Assembly: GCA_025594325.1 (NCBI GenBank)
Contig: JANHCV010000007.1
Location: forward strand, 992,001-1,056,000
DNA from: Blastocladiella emersonii ATCC 22665
Taxonomy: Eukaryota > Fungi > Blastocladiomycota
Direction of reading: 5' to 3'
Length of the DNA stretch: 64,000 nt
Under the pieces are notes generated by a model, which saw nothing but the letters and a program-made list of their open reading frames with translations, was not told where the DNA came from and did not search any database. This document shows positions 35,737-45,207 of this stretch, piece after piece; position 1 is the first letter of the stretch; each line of letters opens with the position of its first letter. The position numbers and the translations under genes were made by a program.

Positions 35737-36348
35737 ATGACCAAGTCGCTGCCGCCGCCGCCCTCGCCCTAGCAGCCAGCTAGCAACCCTCACGGTGAGG
35801 CGGCGGCGCCTTCGATCCCTCGCGTTCCGCTCGCCCTGCTCGCTCCGCCCCCCACGCCTCCCAGTTCGCAGCCACTCTGCTCGCCCAAGCCGCCCTCGTC
35901 GTCGTCACCACTCCCTACAACTCCAACCCGGGCATCCTGCGGCGCGATCGGCTGTGAGCGCGACTCGCCTGCGCTCCAGCGCGGCATGGCGGCTTCGCCG
36001 GCTGCGGCTCCGACGTCTGTCGCGGCGGCAGCGGTCTCCGGCGCCGGTCCAGTCTCGTCGTCTGGCAAGTCCCCCGTCACGTCGGTCTGGTCGTGCAACA
36101 AGTCCCCCAACAAGTCGGCCTCGCCTCCGCACCTCGACTGCGTGTCGCCGCTCATGGGACTGCGGCGGTTCTCCAGCGTCATCGGGGACCACCTGTCGTT
36201 CCGCCACGACGAGGAGCCGACGCCGCCCGCCGACGGCCCGCCGGGTTATGGCCTGGTGCCGTATGCCGAGGTCTCGCTCGTCTCCGAGGTCTCGCTTGTC
36301 GCCCAGTACCGCCTGGTGTGGGAGAGCTGCAACCAGAGCCGCGACTAG
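35737..36348 (+). pseudogene. Pro/Ser-rich hypothetical gene with TAG at codon 12 (35770-35772), or a short 120-aa gene from ATG 35986
   Basis: ATG 35737 is in frame with ORF 35986-36348 and separated from it by a single TAG (CCC TAG CAG). Confidence 0.45.
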
Positions 36349-36798
36349 GTCGCGCCTGTCTTCAGGCGCGCGCGCGCGTGGCGGTCGCGCGCTCCTCGCT
36401 TGCAACCCACTCAGGCTCAACCGTCAACGGCTGCCCAGTGCGCCACGTCTCTCCTCCCGCCTGTACCACTACATACCAAGGCGTCCGTCCGTCTACCCGC
36501 AGTTTTGTGATTCCGCTCGCAGTGGTTTTGATTTCCCTACATTGCTCGATTCCATCCATTGTACATGAACGCGAGCTGTCGCCTCGATGCACGCTGGGTA
36601 GCCGAGGTGCGCGCGGCGTGAGAGAGCGAGAGCGAGAGCGCAGATCAACTTGCGAGAGGAACATGGAGGCCACCGTGAAGTGGGCGTGGGCGGGCTCAAA
36701 AACGCGTGCCGCCGACCGCCGCGGTGCTACTGTCCGGCGGCGCGGCTGCACGGGAGGCGGCGGTCCCTCTTTTACTGGCTGCTTCTCCCTCAATCTTA

Positions 36799-36813
36799 GG
36801 GTCCGTTTGGTTC
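36799..36813 (+). repeat. Left TIR of the PIF/Harbinger element
   Basis: GGGTCCGTTTGGTTC immediately after TTA; reverse complement of the right TIR with 1 mismatch. Confidence 0.95.
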
Positions 36814-37020
36814 AGATCAGGTGGATCAGCTGAAAAAGTTGCCACGTTTCACCTCACCCCCGTTCATCTCAGCGGCCGTGCGAACCAAACGCCCCGCTGG
36901 ATGAACGCCCCTCCCCCCCCCCCCCCCGCAATAAAATCTTTCCCACCTCTTTGCAGCCGCACTTATTGCAACGAATCAACACCTAACCTCACGCATCGTG
37001 TTCTCGAGCCCTCAAACAAC

Positions 37021-38338
37021 ATGGGCAAGGGATACAACCGCAAGCTGCGCGGCCTCATGCTCACGGCCGCCCTCGCTCTCCTGCGACGTCTCGCTGCGCG
37101 CAACGAGCGCCGCTCGTGGGAGCCTATCCGCACGTCCACGCTTTCTGGCGAGTCGTGGGTTCAAGAGCTGCTGACGTGCAACAGCAAAACGCGTTTTTCG
37201 GAAATCGCCCGTATGCCCCGCGAGACCTTCAAGGCCATCTGCCGCCTGTTCCGCGACCGTGGCCTTCTCACCGACGGCCGCGAGCTGTCCGTCGAGGCGC
37301 GCTTCATGGTTTTTCTTGTCATGGCCGGCGAGGGCAGCACCAACCGCAACCTCAGGGAGCGGTTCCAAATCTCTGGCGAGACCGCGTCCAGGGTTCTGAA
37401 GCAGGTGCTCGACGCTCTGTACCGCCTGATGCCCGAGTTCATTGTCCAGCCGTCCGATTCTACGCCCGTGCATGAGCGCATCGCCCACGACCCGAAATAC
37501 GCTCCGTTCCAGAACGCGGTCGGCGCGCTTGACGGAACGCACATCCCGTTTGTTGTGCCCGCCAAGCTTCACGACTCGTTCCGAAACCGCAAGGGGACCA
37601 TCTCCTCAAATGTCCTCGCTGCCTGCGACTTTGACTTGAACTTCACCTACGTTCTCGCAGGGTGGGAGGGCAAGGCGCACGACTCGCGCGTGCTCTCGGA
37701 CGCCTTCGCCCGTGGGTTCAAGATCCCCGCCGGCCGCTTCTACCTCGCCGACGGCGGCTACGCAAACCGCACGTCCATCATCGTGCCCTTCAGCGGTACC
37801 CGCTATCATCTTCGCGAGTTTGCCCGCGGCAAGGATGGGTACGTTCTCACTGCCATGACCATCACGTTGGCGCCATCTCATCTGCTTCACCAACGTACGT
37901 AGAGTTAAGAACCGCGAAGAGCTTTTCAATCTGCGTCACGCGTCGCTCCGCAACTCCATTGAGCATATCTTTGGCGTGCTCAAGAAGCGGTTCCGCGTCC
38001 TCTCGATTGGCGCGGCCTACCCAATCAAGACTCAAGTCAAGCTTGTGTACGCGCTCTGCACGCTGCACAACATGATCAACAAGTGGAACCAAGGCGGCGA
38101 CGCCTTCTTTCGCGACGCCGAGACGGAGCTCCGGCGCGCGCGGGACGCGGCGCGTGAGGCGCCAGTACGTGGGCGCGAGCCCCTGAACGACGAGAACGAG
38201 GAGGACGACGAGGCCGCTGTCCTCGAGGCCTCGCTGGACGGAGCTCGTCAGCGCGGTATCTCGCTTCGGAACCGCATCGCAAATGTTCTTTGGACCGAGT
38301 ACAGGCGCGTCATGGCCGCTCGTGGGACCCGTCTTTGA
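37021..38338 (+). CDS. PIF/Harbinger DDE transposase (DDE_Tnp_4/HARBI1-like), 417 aa; intron 37839-37902
   Basis: RMPRETF, LSVEARF, RFQISGET, GALDGTH, NVLAACDFD, GWEGKAHDSRV, YLADGGY, FNLRHASLRNSIEHIFGVLKKRF, CTLHN. Spliced length 1254 nt, no stops. Confidence 0.95.
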
Positions 38339-38651
38339 AGGCGCGAAATAATTGTTGTACCCGCATGCATGCTGTAATATACTGATTTGTCAAGTACTAT
38401 AACGTTAGATAAGCGATTCCAGATGATTTGACGCGTCGCTGAGGTCAGAACGCATCGGTGGAGACGCGTCGATCAATCACGTGACGTGTGAGACACTTTG
38501 CGAACCACGCGTTTCTCAACGAGTCGCGTCATTTTCGAGCCAAGGGTAACGATTGAAGATACGATGGACACAAAGCCAGATGTATTGGACACAAATGGGC
38601 GAGAACAAGGCCAGGAAGCAACGCGAGGGGAGGGGGACATGTGCGAGTGAG

Positions 38652-39781
38652 CTACTGAATGAAAATCTTGAGGATGCGCTTGCGCTTCGATTCGGACACG
38701 GCCATGACGCGAAGCGCTTGATCCTCGGTCAGGCGGGTGGCGACGTCGATCTGGTACTCTTCATTGTCATTGTACGCGTCCTGGACCCATTCAAGTGCGG
38801 CGGTCAGAACGGGCTTGGAGTTGGCGGTTGAGACGCTCTGGAACACCTCCTTGATGCCCATGAGGAATTCCGAGTCCGAGAGGCGACGCGAGCTGCTGTC
38901 CGAAGTGCGGCTGCGCTTGCTGGCGGGGGCCGCGTCGTCTTGACCATCAACACCTTCCACGTCACCAGACTCCTTGCCGTCCTGCTCGAGGTGCGAGTAC
39001 TTGCCGGTGGCGGTCGAGCTGCCCCACAGCATGTTGGCCTTCTTGTAGTACGGGAAGGGCTTGCAGCCCGCAGTCAGCTCCTCCTTGAGCTCTGCCTACA
39101 ATTGAAGCAGGCCAGGCGCTGTTAGCTCGCCGCGAGTTGACGCGTAACGATATTGAACAAACGTACCGAGAGATCGTTCCAGAACTCCTCTGGCACGTCG
39201 ACCGTGCACTCACCCTCATTCCAGGTGCAGCCGTTGCCCGAGTACGACAGAAGCCGTTTTACGGCGCGAAAACAAGTGCGAAGCTGGAGCCGAACGCTGA
39301 CGTTGTTAGCGCTACGGTTGACGCGTGTCCGCAAGACAAAGCGTACGTATGTCACGCGGTTCTTGACCTGCTCCGCCGTAAACTGCATGTTGAACTCGTC
39401 CGACAGGGCCTGGGCAATCGACACACGGTGCTGGGCCTTGAGCGTGTTGCTGTCGCCGAGCACGCCGTCGTCAGCGAGGTTGCAGAAGTGGTCGAGGAGG
39501 AAGTTGGTCGACGCGGAGCAGAAGGTGGCCTTGCCGCCGCTGGCCTTGCCGCTGCTGGCCTTGCTGCCACTGGCCTTGCGCTTGCTTGGCTTGGCGATGG
39601 TCACGGGCGGCAGCGGGTTGGTCGGCGTGACAGCAGCGTTGCCGTCGCTCCCAGCAGCGTCGTCATCTGCATCCTCGTCGCTATCGGCGGGCGGCGGCGG
39701 GATTTCGGGCACGTTCTTGACGATCTCCTCGATGGACATGGCCGTACGGCCAGCGCGCTTTTTGCTTGACGGGGGAGCCAT
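38652..39781 (-). CDS. Harbinger ORF1, Myb/SANT-like DNA-binding protein, 331 aa; introns 39284-39346, 39096-39166
   Basis: Spliced FLLDHF...FTAEQVKNRVTYLRTCFRAVKRLLSYSGNGCTWN...VPEEFWNDL...KPFPYYKKANMLWG follows the Myb_DNA-bind_3-type pattern. Spliced length 996 nt. Confidence 0.88.
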
Positions 39782-40036
39782 TCTTTTCGGCTTTGAGGGA
39801 GGACGGGGGAGAGAGAGCGAGTTACTTTGGAGGAAAACGGCGTTTACATAGGCCGGGGAGCACAGCCTGAAGGTTTCGGGGGCGAGCAGACGGGCGATTC
39901 AGCGACGAGGGTTCCATTCAGCTCACCCGGGGGTTGAACCAAACGCCGCGATGAACACGACGGGGTGAAAATGCCACGTTTCAGCTGGGTGAACACCGGA
40001 CCGTGTAAAATCGATTGATCCACCTGATTCACCCCG

Positions 40037-40051
40037 GAACCAAACGGGCCC
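40037..40051 (-). repeat. Right TIR of the PIF/Harbinger element
   Basis: GAACCAAACGGGCCC followed by TTA. Confidence 0.95.
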
Positions 40052-40121
40052 TTAGTCACTGTCCATGAACACGTGAAGATCCGACCACCCCACTCTATGC
40101 AAAGTGATGCTCAACTCGAAC

Positions 40122-41605
40122 ATGGAAGCTCATGCAATTCTGATTCTCCGTTTCGACCTGTCCGAGGTGACACGAGCGCACTTTGACGTCCTCGTACAGC
40201 TACTTCGAGCCGGTCAGCTCTTGGTCAGGCTTCACTTGCCGCCAGACTTTGACTCGAGTCTGTTGGATCGCTTCCTGTCCTTGCCCGTCATCGAGTTCAC
40301 GCTCTCGCCGACGACTTTGGCCGAGGCCCTTGGCGACGCTTCCAAAAGTCGGGCGAACAAGGCTGCGCGCAATGAAGCTTGGTGCCAGGTCCGGATGACG
40401 CTTCGCTTTACTTGTCCCGTGTGTAACAGCGCTTGCGTTCAGTTTGTTCGGAAATCGTGCGTCCGCGTTTGTTACTGTGCTGCTGTCCGTGAGCCTCGTG
40501 CTAACAGGATCCGTGCGATTCGTTCTTAGATGCGCCCACTCCGAGTCCCGCGAGGCTATTCGCGTCCATATCGGCTCTCATGGTCTCCTTAGTGAGCAGT
40601 TCCTTTGTCCCGGCCGCACCCACGCGGTCCCCGGCTACGAGTGCAAGTCGCTCCTGCATCGCCCTGAGTACGTGTCTTTGACCTTCAGTATGGCGATAGC
40701 TCCATGCCGTCTCACTCACTACCCCGCCATGTAGTCGCCACCACCTCTACCATCTCGGCCGCCAGCCGCGGTGCGTCGAGAGTTACATGGCGGCCCTCGC
40801 AGCAAACGACGCTTCGGTGCGGGCCATTGTCACTCGACTTCTCTCGAACCGACCCAGCGGTCCAGCCCTTGCTCTGCTTGATTCCGAATCCACTGCTCTC
40901 ATCGCTCAACGGTTTACTCAGCTCTTGAGCAACGCGTCGCAGCCCCGCGAAAATCGCGCCAACGTGGACGGTGACGAAACTTCTGCGCACCCAGCTGCAA
41001 ACCAAGTCGTCCGAGTCGCGCCATCGCAGACACCGACGTCTGCTGGCGCGGAGCCCGCTGCGATTGGTACGGCCGAGATGGCCATGGCTCCGCCGGCTTC
41101 CCTTTCTCGCGCAACGCCCCTGTTTCTATTGGAGTCTTACGATCGCGCGGCATCGCTGCACGGCATGGTACCGCTTGACGAATCGAGCTCTCGTCGCGTC
41201 CCTGACGCCATGACCCAAGTTCCCGCTGCCCCGATCTCAGATGGGCCCGCATCCAGGTCGATTTTCTTCGAGGAGCGCCCGCCAATCCAAGCCAGTGCAA
41301 AGAACAATTCTCGCTCCGTCGAGTTCCGCTATGATGATATCAGGCTCCGGCTCTCGCGCTTGGAATCGATTCGCATGGCCAAGGACACTGCCGCGGCCGT
41401 GTCTCCCTCGGAATCGCTTCCGAAGTTCAAGGACGTTACTGAACTCAACGAAGCCATGGATTTCGACGAAGCCATGGGTTTCGACAACGACGACGAAGCC
41501 ATGGATGTCGACGCGGAACTCGAGCTGGGCGAGTCCTCGCTGTTAATGTCGTTCATTGAAGTAGTAGGTCATGTTCTCGCGAGGGTCTTTGAGGATTGGT
41601 ACTAA
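40122..41605 (+). CDS. Zinc-finger protein ZnF-B, 447 aa; introns 40457-40529, 40668-40734
   Basis: Spliced FTCPVCN...VHIGSHGLLSEQFLCPGRTH...CKSLLHRPDRHHLYHLGRQPRC. Spliced length 1344 nt. Same intron positions as ZnF-A. Confidence 0.8.
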
Positions 41606-42146
41606 TGGCGCCTCTTGTTGCATTCGAATATAATCATTATTATTTTGTTTTTGCTTTGAGGTCGCTACTCGCTCAAAGCCTTGGCTCGCTCAGGCGCACC
41701 GTTCACACGCACCGATTGGTTGAGCACGTCTCGCTTGCGCCTGAGCATCTTGCTTATTCATCACTACTCTCATCGCCCTCACCACGATTGTCACCGCATC
41801 ACCAAAAGTACATGACCGAGGCCGCGGTGAATGCGACCCGGCCAACTTCAGCTCTCGCCAGCGAGGGCGACGTGACCATGGACCTCATGCCACTCAAACG
41901 CACGTCAGGGTCTGGCATCGACAGCGCGCACAATCGAATTTGACGATCTGACTCGGAATGGCCGCGCCGTCCGAGCGATGGACGGGTTCCGTGCAATGGA
42001 CGCGTCAAACAAACACTTGATGTGAGACACCTTGAGACACCGCGTCGCAACGCGACCCGCGTTGAATCGGCTGCACTCGGCTTCGCTAAGCATTTCACGA
42101 GGCCAAGCAAGGTGGCATGGACTAAATCATGTATTACTGCCACTCT

Positions 42147-44514
42147 TCAGGGCTGGATCCCGAAGTGCTCGAGCCGAACCTACACGTCGGCGCTGGCCAT
42201 CAGCCCTCCAATCCACCCAATCCACCCCTCACCCGTCCGTACCTCATCGTCGCCCGCGCGCATCGCCGCGAGCGCCGCGTCGCGGAACTTGCCCTGGACT
42301 TCTGCCCCCGAGATCCCCGTGAACTCGCTCGCGAGCGCAGTGACGTCGGCGTCGGTGAGAGCGCACGGGTGCCTCGCCGCGAACCCGCGGACGAGCGCGG
42401 CGGCGTCGGCCGCTGTCTTGGGCAGCGGAATCGGGACGTGCATCTCGAGCCGCCCGGGGCGCAGGAGTGCCGAGTCGATGCGGTCGGGCTGGTTGGTCAC
42501 TACACGTGCGCAAGGCGTCAGTTGCTGCCCGCGCGCGATGATTCCGCGGAAAACGTACTCGCAATGACAAAGATCTCGGCGGCCTTGGTCCCAACGCCCG
42601 CCATGATGCCGTCGAGCTCGGTGAGGAAGCAGGTGACGATGCGGTCGCCCGTACCCTCGGACGAGGTGGACGCGCTGCCGCGCGACGACGCCAGCATCTC
42701 GAGCTGGTCGAGGAGCAGGACGCACGGCGCGGCCGCGCGGGCTTGTGCGAAGACGCGCGCGATGGCGCGCTCGCTCTCGCCGACGACTTTCGAGAGGACT
42801 CGCGAGGCCTGTTCGAGTCAAGTCAGTCGCTGGGCTGGCCTTGCGGGATGAAGTGCGGATCGAAATCGTACATCGAGCGGGACACACTGGTACCCGAGCG
42901 CGTTGATGAGGGCGAACGCGACGACCGACTTGCCGACGCCCGGCGGGCCGTGCAGGAACACGCCGCGCGTGGCGCCGAGCGGCGACCGGTGCTGGGGCGA
43001 GGTGAGCGGGCGCACGATGTTGGTCTCGAGGTCGGCGATCACGCTGTCGAGCGCGTAAATGTCGCGGAACGTGATGTTCGGGATCTACACGTCGCTATAG
43101 TCGTGAGAGAGATCCCGTCTTCTGAAGCTGCGACGGGGGCGACGTACATCAATCGCATGCTCAAGCAACGCCATCGGCCGAACCTGCCGCATCGCGTCGC
43201 CGAGCTCTTCCGCGAGCGCGTGTTCCGGGACCCCGGCCTCCGCCGTGATCGCGAGCGCGCGCGCCGCGGCGATCCCCGCGGCGCGGTGCAGGTCACCCGG
43301 GACCAAGCCGTGCGCTCGCTCAGCGACGCGGCGAACGACGGCGGGGTCGACCATGGGCAGCATATGCTGTAGCATCTTGGTGCGGTCGGCCGCGGAGGGC
43401 GTGACGACGCGGAAGGCGGCGTCGAGGCGGCCGGACCGCAGCAGGTGCGCGGGGACGGCGTGGACGCGGTTGGTCACGGCGATGACGATGACGCGCGTGG
43501 CGTGGTCGAGGTAGTAGGCGAGCAGGTCGGCTTGTGGGGAGGACAGCTGGTCGAGCTGGTCGAGGACGAGCAGGGTCGGCGAGGCGGGCGGCGAGAGGAA
43601 CAGGGACTCGCGCAGCTGGGTGACCTCGCCCGTCAGCGAGATGGTACGGTACGGGAGGCCGGACGCGTCTACAAGGCGGCGATCGGCGGGGTCAGGAACA
43701 CGTCGCCACGGCTGCAACCCGTAAACGTACCTGCGAGCGCCTGGACGATCACCGACTTGCCAGCGCCCGGCGGCCCCGTCACAACGGCGTGCCTCGGCCT
43801 TGCCGCGCGGGCGCACCGGGCGGCCTGGTCCACGAGCCACGCGGCGACCTCGGCGACGAGCTTGGTGTACCCGACAACCCCACCGCGTTCCGCCATCCGC
43901 GCCGCAACCACTTCCGCCGACGGTACGACGCCCGCAAACTCGGTCCGCGGGACGAGCTTCGTCGTCGGCGCGGCGATGAGCCGCCACTCGCCCGCGGGCG
44001 CGTAGATCTCGATCCACGCGCACGACCCGTCGCCGAGCGCGACCGGCCACCGCGTCGTCCCGTGCACGGCGCGGTGGTGGAGCAGCGGGACGAGTCCCGC
44101 AAACAGCCTTGCGAGGTGCGGCTCGGACGGCGGGGCGAGGCGGCCGTCGCGGTCGCGCACCGCAAACTCGGCCGTGTCGAGGACGGCGAGGTCGCGGTTC
44201 AGCGGCTGCACCGCGAGCGTGTCGAGGGTCTCGCCGACGGAGGCGGCGCGATCGCGGTACACGGGCGGCAGGACGACGTGTGGGACGGCGGACGCGGGTT
44301 CGGGCGCGAGGACGCGGAGGAGCCGCACGCCGATCGCGGGCGAGTCGGGCGTGGTAGAGGACCGGAGCAGGGCGTACGGCGCCGTGAGCGGGCCACGGGA
44401 CCCGGCGGCCGCAGCAGGCGCGAGGCTCGCGGCGTCGTCGAGGTGCAGCAGGCCCGCCGCGGCCTCGGATGGGCTCGCGAAGCGGACTGCTGCTGGCGCG
44501 AATGCGGGTTGCAT
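42147..44514 (-). CDS. Type II (N-D1-D2) AAA+ ATPase of the CDC48/AFG2/PEX clade, 685 aa; introns 43669-43730, 43085-43147, 42809-42871, 42500-42558, 42180-42242
   Basis: Walker A GPPGAGKS and GPPGVGKS; Walker B LVLDQLD and LLLDQLE; pore-loop SKVVGESER; SRH TNRVHAVPAHLLRSGRLD and TNQPDRIDSALLRPGRLE. Spliced length 2058 nt. Confidence 0.88.
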
Positions 44515-44688
44515 GGTTGTGTGTGTGGGTCGTGTTGCGTGAGGAAGGGAGAGCGCTCGAAGTGGGATCGCCGCCGTGGTGGTCGGCCCCGGCCAACTCG
44601 GCCGCCGCTGCCAACACAACGCCCGCTCCCGACCCGCACCTCGCTCGCGAGCTGCCACGCATCTTCCACGCAGAAACCAAGTGCAACC

Positions 44689-45119
44689 ATGTCGTCGACC
44701 GTGGCCGGGCTCTCGCCGGCGTTCACGTACCCGACGTCGTCCGCGTCGGGCGGCGCCGCCGTCAAGATCACCAAGGTCACGACGACGACCACCACCACGA
44801 CTATGAAGACCTCGGCCGCCAGCCCGGGTGCCGTCGTCAAGACCGAGGAGGAGCCGTCGCTCCTCATCAGCTTCCTGCGGACGCTCGCCGAGACCGTCGT
44901 CACGTCCGTCCTCCCCGCTCTCGCCACGCACTGTGTCCGACGCGACCCTGACGCCACACGCCCGCCCGCAATCGTAGCAACTTTCTCCAAGGCGCCTTCT
45001 TCGGGACCGCCGCCGCCGTGCGCTACCAGTCGGCCGTGAGCGGCGGCCTGTGGCGCGCGCTGCTGGGCCGCCCGAAGCCCGTCGTGGTCGCTGCCGCGAC
45101 GACGTCGCGCCGTCGCTAG
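44689..45119 (+). CDS. Small hypothetical protein, 118 aa; intron 44904-44977
   Basis: GTCCGT...CTGAC...GTAG intron joins ETVVT to NFLQGAFFGTAAAVRYQSAVSGGLWRALLGRPK; 357 nt spliced; GC3-rich codons. Confidence 0.6.
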
Positions 45120-45207
45120 TCCCTTCCTCCCCGCCCCTCTCCTGTGTACAGTACCACCCAACCGAACGAGAAGTCAACATGTGCAAATCCCCGAGATACA
45201 TTCCCTA

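Larger units (their letters stand above)
36799..40051. mobile_element. Autonomous-looking PIF/Harbinger DNA transposon, 3253 bp
   Basis: TIRs GGGTCCGTTTGGTTC (36799-36813) and GAACCAAACGGGCCC (40037-40051), 14/15 match. TTA duplicated at 36796-36798 and 40052-40054. Encodes a DDE transposase and a Myb/SANT-like ORF, convergent. Confidence 0.96.
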
